Assembly (NCBI GenBank): GCA_044344255.1
Contig: JBIJDH010000009.1
Span: 32,001-96,000, forward strand
Reading direction: 5' to 3'
Origin: Myxococcota bacterium
Lineage (GTDB): Bacteria > Myxococcota_A > UBA796 > UBA2385
Length of the DNA: 64,000 bases
Every line of letters begins with the position of its first letter. The stretch's first letter is position 1. The position numbers and the translations under genes were made by a program. Below, in pieces: positions 1-9,953 of the stretch. Below the pieces are notes generated by a model. That model was not told where the DNA came from and ran no database searches. It saw nothing but the letters and a program-made list of their open reading frames with translations.

Positions 1-1
1 C

Positions 2-355
2 CTGCTCGGACGCGCCCGAGCCCTCGAAGATCAAGGCGCGGCGCCCCTCAGCGTGCTCGAGGCGATCGAGTCCGGGCTGGCCCTCGCCGAGCCGGGGGCC
101 GCGGTCTCCGCGGAGCTGCGCTACCTCCGCATCGACGCCCTCCACCGCGCCGGGCGAGGCCCCGAGGCCCGCGTCGAGGCCGACCGTTTCCTGGAGAGCG
201 GTGAGAAGCTCCGCCGCGTCGAGGTCCTCCGCCTCGCGGCCACCCTCGACCTCGCGGAGGGCGGCTGCCCCGCCGCGGCCGCCCGTCTGACCCAGCTCCG
301 AGAGGCGGGAGCTGTCGCCGACGATCCCCTGCTCACCCGCTGCGCCCAGCCGTGA
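2..355 (+). CDS. 5'-truncated TPR-like helical protein (possibly C-terminus of a FecR/anti-sigma-type protein)
   Basis: Frame open from base 2 to TGA at 355; TPR-like helices (ELRYLRIDALHRAGRGPEARVEADRFL); stop overlaps next start (GTGA). Confidence 0.5.
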   Translation: MLGRARALEDQGAAPLSVLEAIESGLALAEPGAAVSAELRYLRIDALHRAGRGPEARVEADRFLESGEKLRRVEVLRLAATLDLAEGGCPAAAARLTQLREAGAVADDPLLTRCAQP

Positions 356-1845
356 CGGGCGCCCATCGAGCCCGCCGGACCGGCCCAAGCTCGGCCTCCT
401 TCACGTGGTCCTGCCTCCCGTGGATCTGTCTGCTCGGGGGCTGCGAGACGGCGGCCGTCCGCTTTGAGCCTGTACCTGGGGAGGCGAGCGGCGGAGGCGC
501 GTCCGCCGGGGACAGCGGCTTGCCCCAGACCGACAGCGGCGGCGCCAACGACAGCGGCGGCGACAGTGGCGGCGGCGCCAACGACAGCGGTGACAGTGGC
601 GGGGCGGACAGCGGCGAGGACACCGACCCTCCCGAGCCCTGGGCGGTCAGCGGCTCCACCGACGACGAGGCGCTCGGCGCCGACGGCCTCGCCTGGACCA
701 CCGATCTCGACGGCGCGGCCCTCCTCGTGGTGGCCTCCCCCTCCGCCGACGAGGGCCGGGGCAGCGTCGCCCTCTTCGATCCCACCGCCGAGGCCCTCGC
801 TTGGTCGGGCGCCGAGGCCGCCTGGAGCGGCCGAGAAGGGGATGGCCTCGGAGGAGCCCTCCTCCCCTGGGCGCCCGCCGAGGGTGAGCGCTTCGCCCTC
901 CTCGCCGGCGCCCCCGACGCCGACTTCGCGTCTTGGTACGGCGAGAGCTACGTCTACGAGGACGTCGGCCGCGTCGTCTATCTCAGCTGGCCCGCTCCGA
1001 CCGACGCCCCCTCCATCATCGGCTACTCGATCAATGACGCCTTCGGCGCTGCCCTCGCCGGCGGCGACCTCAACGGTGACGGCCGCGCCGATCTGGCGGT
1101 CGCGGCCCCTGGCTCCTGGGAGAGCCGAGGTCGGGTCTACCTCTTCGACGCCGATCAAGTCGGAGAGGATCTGCTGGCCGCCGAGGCCGACGGCTCCATC
1201 ACGGGTGACGCCCCCGGCGACGCCGCCGGCACCACGTTGAGCATCAGCCCCGACCTCGATCTGGACGGCTACGCCGAGCTGATCGTCTGCTCGCCCGGGG
1301 CTGACTCCGGCCTCTGTGCGGTGGTGCCCGGTGACGCCGAGCTCAGCGGCTTCGACGACAGCCTCGACGAGCGCGCCACCACCCTCATCGTCGGGGGAGT
1401 GGGCGGCGGCCTGGGCCTCGAGGCCGCGCTCGTGACCGTGGACGCCACCGGTGACGGCACCCTCGATCTCCTGCTGGGCGACAGCGTCATCGGTGAGATC
1501 GCCCGCTTCGACGGTCCCCTCGCCGCCGGCACCGCCTCCTGGTCCGACGCGCCCGCCCGCATCACGGGCAGCCCGGGGCTCGGAGGCGCGCTGCTCGTCG
1601 ACCCGGCGACCGACACCCTCTGGGCCGGCGCCCCCGCCGACGGTGAGGGCAAGGTGTGGTCTTCGCCGCTCCCGCTCGCCGACGGCCTTCACGCCGCTGG
1701 CCTCGACGAAGACCTCTCCTCGTGGACGGGAGAAGGTCCTGGGTTTGGCGCCGGCCTCGCCCTCCAAGGCGACCAGCTCGCGGTGGGCGCCCCCGGCGCC
1801 GATGAGGGGAGGGGACAGGTCACCCTCCTGCCCACAGGGCCCTGA
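352..1845 (+). CDS. FG-GAP/integrin-alpha beta-propeller lipoprotein
   Basis: Lipobox-like LLGGC, DSGG low-complexity linker, FG-GAP motifs (FGAALAGGDLNGDGRADLAVAAPG; DLDLDGYAELIVCSPG; LAVGAPG). Confidence 0.8.
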   Translation: MTGAHRARRTGPSSASFTWSCLPWICLLGGCETAAVRFEPVPGEASGGGASAGDSGLPQTDSGGANDSGGDSGGGANDSGDSGGADSGEDTDPPEPWAVSGSTDDEALGADGLAWTTDLDGAALLVVASPSADEGRGSVALFDPTAEALAWSGAEAAWSGREGDGLGGALLPWAPAEGERFALLAGAPDADFASWYGESYVYEDVGRVVYLSWPAPTDAPSIIGYSINDAFGAALAGGDLNGDGRADLAVAAPGSWESRGRVYLFDADQVGEDLLAAEADGSITGDAPGDAAGTTLSISPDLDLDGYAELIVCSPGADSGLCAVVPGDAELSGFDDSLDERATTLIVGGVGGGLGLEAALVTVDATGDGTLDLLLGDSVIGEIARFDGPLAAGTASWSDAPARITGSPGLGGALLVDPATDTLWAGAPADGEGKVWSSPLPLADGLHAAGLDEDLSSWTGEGPGFGAGLALQGDQLAVGAPGADEGRGQVTLLPTGP

Positions 1846-1891
1846 GCCGCGGAGAGGGCGACCGTCCCCGATGAGGCGGATAAGGTGCCCC

Positions 1892-2632
1892 ATGCACTCC
1901 GCCGACACCGACCCCTCGGCCCCCGCCTCCGCCGAACCCTCCGCGCTCCGAGCTCTAATCGCCGCGCTGGTGCTCGGCTGGCCCCTGCCCGCCGCCGCCC
2001 GCGAGTGCCGGACGGCCGTGCCGGTGCTGATGGACGGCTTCGAGCTCCGGGTGCCAGACCGCGGCGCCCTCCCGCGCGGCGAGTGTGACCTGCTGGTCAC
2101 CACCACCGCCGAGGGGGCGGTCTCAGCCGTCGCGCTCCTCGACTGCCCGGCGCCGTTGGTGGAGGCGGCCTCTGACCTGCTGCGGGCCCAGAAGTGGCGG
2201 CCGGCCCGGGCCTGCAGGCAGGAGGTCGCCGCCGAGACCGGGGTGGCGGTCTACTTCGGGGAGCCCGGCTCCGTTCGGAACATCACCGAGGTCGTGCGGG
2301 TTCGGGAGCAATTCGTGCCCGAGCTCCCGCCAGAGGCCATCCTACCCGAGGGCCAATACCTGAGCTGTGACCTCCGGATCTACGCAGACCGAAAGGGAAT
2401 CGCCCGGGCGTCCACCCTGGTCGGATGCTCCCGCGTTCGCCCCGTCGGGGGCGACCAGCTCGAGGTCTTGCCCGAGCCGTTGGACCCTGCGCTCCTCGCC
2501 CGCCTCGGGCCGCTGCTCTCACAGGCCGGCGTACGTTGGCGGTTCTACCCCGGCTTGTCCGATATGTCTGCCCTGCCGAGCCCCTTTGACCTCACCCTCG
2601 TCTTCACCCCGCTGAGGGGTCCCGCCGGATGA
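1892..2632 (+). CDS. Exported protein with TonB C-terminal-like domain(s)
   Basis: ATG at 1892 inside ORF 1451..2632; signal-like ALIAALVLGWPLPAAA; TonB_C-like CDLLVTTTAEGAVSAV...LVEAASDLLRAQKWRPA. Confidence 0.5.
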   Translation: MHSADTDPSAPASAEPSALRALIAALVLGWPLPAAARECRTAVPVLMDGFELRVPDRGALPRGECDLLVTTTAEGAVSAVALLDCPAPLVEAASDLLRAQKWRPARACRQEVAAETGVAVYFGEPGSVRNITEVVRVREQFVPELPPEAILPEGQYLSCDLRIYADRKGIARASTLVGCSRVRPVGGDQLEVLPEPLDPALLARLGPLLSQAGVRWRFYPGLSDMSALPSPFDLTLVFTPLRGPAG

Positions 2633-4167
2633 GCCGACTCGCGCGCCCCTGGCATGGCCTCCGGGTCACCCTGCGCATGGCCGGGGTGGTCGTCGACCAA
2701 CAGGTGCATTGGCGCGCATGGGGCGCTTTGAGGCTCAGCCCCGAGGGGACGGCGGGCTGGCCGCAGGGCGCCCCCGCGCTGACGGCGATCTGGGAGGGCC
2801 GAGAGGCGGTGCGCCTCGAGTCCCCGGCGCCCGGGGGGCCCTCCGGCCGCCTCACCCCCGGCGGCCACCTCCGCTGGGCCGAGACCGAGGGCGTGCAGCT
2901 TGACCTCGATCTCATCCCGCGAGAGCCGGCCCTCCGCTGGTCCCGCGACAGCGGCGATCTCCCCCTCGCCGTGCTGGTGCTGCTGCTCAGCGTGAGCGTG
3001 AGCCAGCTCAGCGTGCTGTGGGAGCTCTTCGGGCCCACCACCTCCGTCTCCGCGACGGCGACGGGTATGGAGCCCGACCCGGAGACCATCGCCCGCTTGC
3101 TCGAGCGAGACCTCGAGGGAGCGGAGGAGGGTTACGCCGAGCGCGCAGAGCGCGCCGAGCACGCCGAGGGGGCCCCCTCCTTTTACATGCCAGCCGGCAA
3201 CCAAGGCACGCTCGGGAGGGCCGGGGGCGGCGCCACGCAGGGTAACGGCGTCTCTCGCCCCGAGACGGAGAGCCTCGCCGACGAGGCGGCCGAGGCGCTG
3301 GCCGAGGCGGAGCTGCCCGAGCCCCCAACGAAGGGGGCCCCGGAGCCCCCGCCAGAGGCGCCGACAAACCTCGACCCCGGCCCTGTCCCCGAGCCCCTGC
3401 TCGCGGATGCCGAAGAGCCGCCGCCCCCGGAGAGCGCCGATGAGGCCCCCTCGCCGATGGAGCGCTTCATCGGCTGGGGCTTCCGCGACTGGTTCGACGT
3501 GCGCGACGCCCGCCCGGAGAACGAGCACCGGATCCGCCGCGAGCTCGACGTCGCTCGCCGAAGGTTGCGGATCAATCCAGATGATCCAGGAGCGCTGAAC
3601 GTGGTGGGCTACTATTCCTACCTCGCCGAGAACCAGGAGCTGTGCCGGGAGACTTATCAGCGTTACATCGAACTTTATCCTGAAGATCCAGCAGGCTACA
3701 ACAACCTCGCGCTCACCTACAAGCGCAGCGGGGAGTACCAGACCGAAGAGGCGATGTACCGAAAGGCCCTGGAGCTCGACCCCCTCGACGTAAACGTCCT
3801 CAACAACCTCGCGGTCAACCTCGCCCATCAGGGGCGTTACACCGAGGCCTTGGAGTGGATGGCCCTCCTGGAGGAGCTCGACCCCGGAGACCCTTACGCC
3901 GAGCTCCACCGCGCGAAGATCCACGCCGCCATGGGCCACCGAGAGCGAGCCTACCAACACCTGAAGGACGCTCTGGAGGGGATGAAGGATCTCGACACCC
4001 TGCACCACATCGAGTTCCGCCAAGACCTCCGCGTCGATCCCGTCTTCGACGAGCTGCGCAGCGAAGACCGCTTCGCCCGGATCCTCCGTAAATATTACGG
4101 TAAAGAGGCTGACTATCTGCTGACCGGCCGAGACCGCCGCGCCAGACGCGGAGGGGAGGGTGGTTGA
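2629..4167 (+). CDS. Membrane-anchored TPR protein
   Basis: One TM segment (LAVLVLLLSVSVSQL), Pro/Glu linker, clear TPRs (DPAGYNNLALTYKRSGEYQTEEAMYRKALELDPLD), terminal DPVFDELR motif. Confidence 0.8.
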   Translation: MSRLARPWHGLRVTLRMAGVVVDQQVHWRAWGALRLSPEGTAGWPQGAPALTAIWEGREAVRLESPAPGGPSGRLTPGGHLRWAETEGVQLDLDLIPREPALRWSRDSGDLPLAVLVLLLSVSVSQLSVLWELFGPTTSVSATATGMEPDPETIARLLERDLEGAEEGYAERAERAEHAEGAPSFYMPAGNQGTLGRAGGGATQGNGVSRPETESLADEAAEALAEAELPEPPTKGAPEPPPEAPTNLDPGPVPEPLLADAEEPPPPESADEAPSPMERFIGWGFRDWFDVRDARPENEHRIRRELDVARRRLRINPDDPGALNVVGYYSYLAENQELCRETYQRYIELYPEDPAGYNNLALTYKRSGEYQTEEAMYRKALELDPLDVNVLNNLAVNLAHQGRYTEALEWMALLEELDPGDPYAELHRAKIHAAMGHRERAYQHLKDALEGMKDLDTLHHIEFRQDLRVDPVFDELRSEDRFARILRKYYGKEADYLLTGRDRRARRGGEGG

Positions 4168-5248
4168 GCTCGCCGTCACCCTCCGCTTTCACGGTCGGGT
4201 CGTCGAGCGCCGAAACCTTGAGGTGCGGGGCGCGATCACGCTCGGTGAGGGCCCCGACAGCGTCCTGCCCTTTGAGGGCGGGCGGCTGGTCGTGGCGCGA
4301 GAGGGGGCTGCGCTCCGCTGCGGCGGTCGCCGGCTCACCGCGGGGGAGCAGATCGAGGTCAACTTCGACACGGTCGAGCTCACGCTACGGCACGTCGTCT
4401 CCCGTCCCACCCTCTTCGGGCCCCACCTGGAGGGCGTCCATCCGCTCTTCGATCGCCGTGCCCTGCTGCTGGGCGCCCTGCTGGTGGCGAGCCTCGCCTG
4501 GGCGCAGTCCGCGGCCTCCTGGGGCGACCGACCTGAAGCGGTTGATGCCGTAACCCTCGTAACCAGCGACCTACCACCGTCCGGCGAGGCGCCACCGCTG
4601 CGGGGGCACCACCGCGACCCGAGCGAGGTCGGGGAGATCTGGTACCGGTGGTATCGACGCGTGGTCCCTCGGGGTGACGCCGAGCGGGCCCGCGCCCAGC
4701 GACGACTGGACCAGCGCCCCGAGGACGCCGACGCCCTGCTCGTCCTGGCCCGAAATGCGGCCAACGCGGACGAAGACGCCGAGGCCCGACAGCTCTACCT
4801 CCGCCTCCTCACGCTCCGCCCGGACGACCACCGGAGCCGGCGGCGCCTCGCTTGGGTCGAGCAGCGCCTCGGGGAGGCCGAGGCCGCGCTTCAGACCCTG
4901 GACGCCATCCCCGCTGAGGCCGACGAGGCCCGGGAGGTCGCGGCGATGTGGGCCCTGCTCCTCGTCCGCACGGGCCAGACGGACGCGGCGGAGCGGGTCC
5001 TCGCGCCCCTCGATCCGGAGCACCCGCTCGTCGCCTACGCCGAGGCCCAGCTCAGCCTCGCCCGCGGGGAGCTCGAAGCTGCGGTCGACCAGCTCTCGAC
5101 GGCCTTGCTGCGCCTCGACCGGGCCTCCCCCGAAGATCAGGTCGAGATCCATCGAGAGCTGGCGCTCGATCCCGCCCTCGCCCCGCTCCGCAGCTCCGCG
5201 CGGATCCGCCTGCTCGCGGCGCGCCTGCTCAAGCCCACCTCGGGTTAG
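4160..5248 (+). CDS. Membrane-anchored TPR protein, paralog-like to upstream gene
   Basis: N-terminal VTLRFHGRVVE beta domain, TM segment, TPRs, terminal DPALAPLR motif. Confidence 0.7.
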   Translation: MVELAVTLRFHGRVVERRNLEVRGAITLGEGPDSVLPFEGGRLVVAREGAALRCGGRRLTAGEQIEVNFDTVELTLRHVVSRPTLFGPHLEGVHPLFDRRALLLGALLVASLAWAQSAASWGDRPEAVDAVTLVTSDLPPSGEAPPLRGHHRDPSEVGEIWYRWYRRVVPRGDAERARAQRRLDQRPEDADALLVLARNAANADEDAEARQLYLRLLTLRPDDHRSRRRLAWVEQRLGEAEAALQTLDAIPAEADEAREVAAMWALLLVRTGQTDAAERVLAPLDPEHPLVAYAEAQLSLARGELEAAVDQLSTALLRLDRASPEDQVEIHRELALDPALAPLRSSARIRLLAARLLKPTSG

Positions 5249-5256
5249 GCCACCGC

Positions 5257-5766
5257 ATGTCCGCTCCCCGTGTCGCCGTCTACGCTGGATCCTTCGACCC
5301 CATCACCGCGGGTCACCTTGACCTCGTGAGGCGGGCCACCTCCCTCTTTGACCGGGTGATCCTGGCGGTGGGCTACAACCCGGCCAAGCGCTCGGTGCTC
5401 CCCCTCGAGACCCGCCTCGCCGTCCTCCGCGAGGTCTCCGCAGATCTCCCGGGCGTGGAGGTAGACAGCTTCCAGGGCTTGCTCGTGCATTACTGCCGCA
5501 GCGTCGGCGCGACGGCCATCCTCCGCGGCCTCCGCGCGGTGAGCGACTTCGAGTTCGAGTTTCAGATCGGGCTCGCCAACATGGACATGGCGCCCGAGGT
5601 CCAGACGGTCTTCCTGCTCACCGAGCCGAAGAACATCTTCATCTCGTCGTCGCTGGTCCGCGAGATCGCGACGAACGGCGGCGACGTCTCCCGCTACCTG
5701 CCCCCACCAGCCCACGCCGCCTTGATGGCGGCGCTCAAGCCGGCGCCACCCACAGGGCCCGCGTGA
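5257..5766 (+). CDS. coaD: Pantetheine-phosphate adenylyltransferase
   Basis: YAGSFDPITAGHLDL, RGLRAVSDFEFE, ISSSLVREIA motifs; ATG at 5257. Confidence 0.96.
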   Translation: MSAPRVAVYAGSFDPITAGHLDLVRRATSLFDRVILAVGYNPAKRSVLPLETRLAVLREVSADLPGVEVDSFQGLLVHYCRSVGATAILRGLRAVSDFEFEFQIGLANMDMAPEVQTVFLLTEPKNIFISSSLVREIATNGGDVSRYLPPPAHAALMAALKPAPPTGPA

Positions 5767-6616
5767 GGGCCTCCGCCACATAGTTGGCGGCGCGCTGGTG
5801 CCAGGCGCGGAAGCCAGCCCCGCCGATGGGGTTCAAGAGCTCGAGCACGCCGAAGACACGGCCGTCGGCGATAAGCGGGACGGCGAGGATCGCGCGGGTG
5901 GTGTAGCCCGTGACGGCGTCCACCTCGCCAAAGTGCTCCTGCCGCTGGCCCACCTCGTGGACCGTGAGGGAGGCACCTCGGCGGCGGACGAGGCCGGCGA
6001 TGCCAGCGTCCTCTGGGATCTCGATCGACAGCAGCGGCGCCGAGCGGGGGCCCCGCGCCGCCGCGAAGCAGAGGGTGCGGCGCCGAGGCACGTGGATCAG
6101 CACCGCGGCGCTCTCTGCGCCGACGGCCTCGAGCAAGATCCCGAGCGCGGCGTCACTGTCGACCCCGGGGGATCCGAAGGTGCCGAGCTCGGCGGCCTGG
6201 GCGCGGAGCCGCTCGAAGGCGTGCACCTCGCTCAGGCGGGCGACAGAGACAGGCGCGGACGGGGCCTCCGTCGCCTCGCTCGGGCGCGCAGCGACGAAGA
6301 TGTCGATGTCTCTCGTGATGTCCAGCTCGCCGGGACCGCTGTGATGCCCGCGCACCGCTCGACCCCGGAGGGACTCGACGATGCGAAAGTCACCGTTCGG
6401 GCGAAGCTCACAGAGCACCTCGCCGACCGCGTCCGGTCCGCACCCGAGCTCTTGGAGCACCTCATCGACCACGGCCAGCCAGCTCGCGGAGTGGATCGTC
6501 CGGAACGCCGCTACGAAGGTCACATCGCCTTCAGAGCTCGAGCCCGGCTCCCACTCAAGGTCCCAGTCCACCTCGCCCCCCGGATCGGCGGGTAAACCAA
6601 CCAGCTGCTCCCCCAT
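5735..6616 (-). CDS. GAF domain-containing protein
   Basis: C-terminal GAF: GIAGLV...VDAVTGYTTRAILAVPL...FGVLELLN. Confidence 0.8.
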   Translation of the reverse strand: MGEQLVGLPADPGGEVDWDLEWEPGSSSEGDVTFVAAFRTIHSASWLAVVDEVLQELGCGPDAVGEVLCELRPNGDFRIVESLRGRAVRGHHSGPGELDITRDIDIFVAARPSEATEAPSAPVSVARLSEVHAFERLRAQAAELGTFGSPGVDSDAALGILLEAVGAESAAVLIHVPRRRTLCFAAARGPRSAPLLSIEIPEDAGIAGLVRRRGASLTVHEVGQRQEHFGEVDAVTGYTTRAILAVPLIADGRVFGVLELLNPIGGAGFRAWHQRAANYVAEALTRALWVAPA

Positions 6617-6669
6617 GATGTCCCTCCGGCTTTGACAGGATAACCCGCAGCCATCGTTCGGGAGCCGGC

Positions 6670-8538
6670 ATGTGTGGCATCATTGGGTACCTGGGTCCTC
6701 GTCAATGTACGCCTGTCCTCCTTGAGGGGCTGCGTCGCCTCGAGTATCGGGGCTATGACTCGGCGGGGATCGCCGTCTACGACCGTGGCGCCTTGCAGGT
6801 CATCAAGACAGTGGGCCGCGTGGCCGATCTCGCCGCCAAGGTGCCCGCCGATCAGCAAGGTAGCACCGGCGTTGCGCACACCCGCTGGGCCACCCACGGC
6901 GGCGTCACCGACGAGAACGCCCACCCGCACCTGGACAGCTCGGGCCGAATCGCGTTGATTCACAACGGCATCATCGAGAACATGAACCCGCTGAAGGCCC
7001 GCCTCTTGAGCGCGGGCGTCGAGTTCCGTTCGGAGACAGACTCCGAGGTGCTCGTCCAGCTCATCGGGCGGTACTACTTCGGACAGGTCATCCCCGGAGA
7101 CACCCTGCCGCCGGACCTCGTGCGGGGAGACCCCCTCGAGGCCGTCCGCGCCGCGCTCACACGGGTCCGCGGCACCTGGGGCATCGCCGTGCTCTTCGCA
7201 GACCACCCCGACCTCATCATCGCGGCGCGGAACGGCTCCCCCTTGGTCGTCGGCCTCGGCGACGGCGAGACCTTCCTCGCCTCTGACCCCCACGCCCTCG
7301 GCCCCTACACCCGTCGAGTGGTCTTCCTCGAAGACGGCGATCTCGCGCGCCTCGACAAGAACGGCGTCGAGACCACCCGCCTCGGCGGCAGCTTGTCGCG
7401 CCCGAACGTGCACATGTTGGAGGAGGACTGGAAGGACGGGGATCGCGGCGACTTCCCCCACTACATGCTCAAAGAGATCCACGAGCAGCCCGACGCCCTC
7501 CGGCAGTGCCTCCGCGGCCGCGTCGTGGTGGAGGAGGGGCTCAGCCGCTTGGGCGGCCTCGACCTCTCCCCCCGTCAGCTCACGGGGATCCCGCGCGTCG
7601 GCCTCGTCGGCTGCGGGACGGCTTGGCACGCCTGCATGGTGGGGGCCAACGCCATCGAGCAGCTCGCCCGGATCCCGGCCTCTGCCGAGATCAGCAGTGA
7701 ATTCCGGTATCGTAACCCCGTGATCGACCCCGCGGCGCTCTTCCTCGCGGTGAGCCAGTCCGGTGAGACCGCCGACACCCTCGGCGCGGTGAAGGAGATC
7801 CAGCTCAAGGGCGGGACGGTGATGGGCGTGGTCAACGTGGTGGGCAGCTCCATCGCCCGCACCACCGGCCGCGGGGTCTTCATCCACTCGGGCCCCGAGA
7901 TGGCCGTGGCCTCGACCAAGGCCTTCTCGAACATGGTCGCGGCCCTGTACCTCTTCGCGCTCCAGCTCGCGCGCTCCCGCTCGCTCTCGCTGCCGGCTGG
8001 GCGCGCCTTCGCCGAAGACCTGCTCCGCATCCCGGATCTCGTGGAGCAGTACCTCTCACGGCCCGGCCCCATCGACGCGATGGTGCGAATGGTCACAGAC
8101 TCCCGGATGGTGCTCTTCCTCGGCCGCGGCTGCTCGGCTGCGGTGGCCGCGGAGGGGGCGCTCAAGCTGATGGAGGTGGCCTACATCCCGTGTATCGCCT
8201 ACCCCTCAGGCGAGATGAAGCACGGCCCCATCGCCCTCCTCGAGAAGGGGAGCCCCGTCATCGTCATCGCGCCCAACGACTCGCTCCGCGACAAGAGTCT
8301 GTCGAACCTCCAGGAGTGCCGCGCCCGCGGCGCCCGCATCATCCTCATCCACTCGGAAGGAGATGATGAGGCCGCGAGCTACGGCGATGTCTGCATCGCC
8401 GTCCCGCACACCTCCGAGCTCCTGAGCCCCCTCGTGACGGTCCTGCCGCTTCAGCTCCTCGCCTACCAGACGGCCCTGGCGCTGGGGCGAGACATTGACC
8501 GCCCCCGTAACCTCGCAAAGTCCGTAACAGTGGAGTAA
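6670..8538 (+). CDS. glmS: Glutamine-fructose-6-phosphate aminotransferase (isomerizing)
   Basis: MCGIIG N-terminus, LEYRGYDSAG, HTRWATHG, SQSGETADT, PRNLAKSVTVE C-terminus. Confidence 0.98.
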   Translation: MCGIIGYLGPRQCTPVLLEGLRRLEYRGYDSAGIAVYDRGALQVIKTVGRVADLAAKVPADQQGSTGVAHTRWATHGGVTDENAHPHLDSSGRIALIHNGIIENMNPLKARLLSAGVEFRSETDSEVLVQLIGRYYFGQVIPGDTLPPDLVRGDPLEAVRAALTRVRGTWGIAVLFADHPDLIIAARNGSPLVVGLGDGETFLASDPHALGPYTRRVVFLEDGDLARLDKNGVETTRLGGSLSRPNVHMLEEDWKDGDRGDFPHYMLKEIHEQPDALRQCLRGRVVVEEGLSRLGGLDLSPRQLTGIPRVGLVGCGTAWHACMVGANAIEQLARIPASAEISSEFRYRNPVIDPAALFLAVSQSGETADTLGAVKEIQLKGGTVMGVVNVVGSSIARTTGRGVFIHSGPEMAVASTKAFSNMVAALYLFALQLARSRSLSLPAGRAFAEDLLRIPDLVEQYLSRPGPIDAMVRMVTDSRMVLFLGRGCSAAVAAEGALKLMEVAYIPCIAYPSGEMKHGPIALLEKGSPVIVIAPNDSLRDKSLSNLQECRARGARIILIHSEGDDEAASYGDVCIAVPHTSELLSPLVTVLPLQLLAYQTALALGRDIDRPRNLAKSVTVE

Positions 8539-8582
8539 CGCCAACTCTCACGGATACGCCGCTCGACATTCCCGAGGGGGCC

Positions 8583-9953
8583 TCACTCGAGGGTGGTGGG
8601 CACCGACCAGAGCGCGCCGTCGAGGCGCCAGAGGAACCGTCGGTCGCCACAGCGGCGCTCGGCGTCGATCCCCAACATCGCCACGAGCGCGGCCTGCTCC
8701 GGCCTGTCCAGCGACGGGGGCTCGACCTCTGGGGGCGGCGCTGCGGTCGAGCCTTGGGACGGGCCCCGCTCGTCGACCACCAGCTCACCGGTCTCGAGGG
8801 AGGCGCGCAGCCACCCGGCCTCGCGGAGCAGCCACAGGTGCCTCCCGTCCCAGGCTCCCTCGAGCGGAGGATCGGCCTCGGGGAGCAAGGCTGCGGGCAG
8901 GCTGTGGTGGGCGAGGGGCTCGCACTCCGCCGACAGGTGAGAGAGGGTCTCTCCGATGAGGGCTGCCCAGCCGGCCTCCCCGAGGGAGACGATCAGGTCG
9001 GCAGACAGCTCGGGCAGGCTCGGGCTCGCGGCGCCGGTCCGGAGGTCCCAGACACGCCCGCCGGGGCCGGCGAGGCGGTCATCGGCGAGGGTGGGGGAGG
9101 TGGGCACGAAGCCGTCCGCGCGGAGCTCCCCCTCGAAGGTGCGCAGCTCACCGGTCGACTCATCGAGGAGCAGCGGCGCGGGATCGAAGCCCACCGGCGA
9201 GAGATCGGCGCCCTCGGCGTAGGTGAGCACCCCGCCTGTGCGGGTGTCGATCAAGGCGAGCCCCTCCTCACAGCGGACGATGGCCCGCTGACCGTCGGCC
9301 GAGAAGCGGGCGCCATCGAGCTCGAGGGCGATCTCCACCGGCACGGGCAGACCGCCGGGCGGCAGGGCCCACTGGCCATCGCGGCTGAGCAGCAGCGCCG
9401 CGCCGCACGGCCCGGCGACCAGGCGCCGCACGTCACTGTTGAGGGAGCCGGCGGATTGGGGGCGCCCACCGGGGGACATCCGGTATAGGCGCTGCTCATC
9501 CGCCCAGATCAGGCCCGGCTGGTCGGTCCAGAGGCCCAGCAGGCCCTCCCGCGGCCCGATCGGCAAGCGCAGGGGCGGTGCGCCCTCTGCAGCGGGTAAC
9601 ACAATGTTATCCGCCCCCTTTCGCCAAGCGACGAGCCCTGCACCAAGCTGGGGCGCGCGGCCGATCCCGCTGATCGACCGCTCCCCGAGCAGCGAGCCGT
9701 CGGGGTCGAGGCGACGGAGGCGCAGGCCGGTGGGCCCCCCCGAGGTCAGCAGGGTCCAGCCCTCGGCCGTGGGCACGAGGCCCAGCACGGCCCCCGTCTC
9801 GACGAAGGTGGCGACCGATCCGCGGAGCAGGAACAGCCCCTCTTCGAAGGGCCAGCAGATCACGCCCTCCGCGGCGATCAGCGCGTCGGGGAGGCCGGGG
9901 GCGAGGAGGCGCGGACCGACGCCCGGGCCCCAGCCGAAGAACAGGCGGTTCAT
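8583..9953 (-). CDS. Hypothetical protein, probable beta-propeller
   Basis: Long ORF overlapping the upstream stop (ATGA); WD40-like ARFSADGQRAIV and RVWDLRTG segments. Confidence 0.55.
   Translation of the reverse strand: MNRLFFGWGPGVGPRLLAPGLPDALIAAEGVICWPFEEGLFLLRGSVATFVETGAVLGLVPTAEGWTLLTSGGPTGLRLRRLDPDGSLLGERSISGIGRAPQLGAGLVAWRKGADNIVLPAAEGAPPLRLPIGPREGLLGLWTDQPGLIWADEQRLYRMSPGGRPQSAGSLNSDVRRLVAGPCGAALLLSRDGQWALPPGGLPVPVEIALELDGARFSADGQRAIVRCEEGLALIDTRTGGVLTYAEGADLSPVGFDPAPLLLDESTGELRTFEGELRADGFVPTSPTLADDRLAGPGGRVWDLRTGAASPSLPELSADLIVSLGEAGWAALIGETLSHLSAECEPLAHHSLPAALLPEADPPLEGAWDGRHLWLLREAGWLRASLETGELVVDERGPSQGSTAAPPPEVEPPSLDRPEQAALVAMLGIDAERRCGDRRFLWRLDGALWSVPTTLE

Noticed and set aside
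6617..6669. glmS ribozyme upstream of glmS
   Set aside because: Only 53 bp separate glmS from the divergent GAF gene and no ribozyme core is recognisable.
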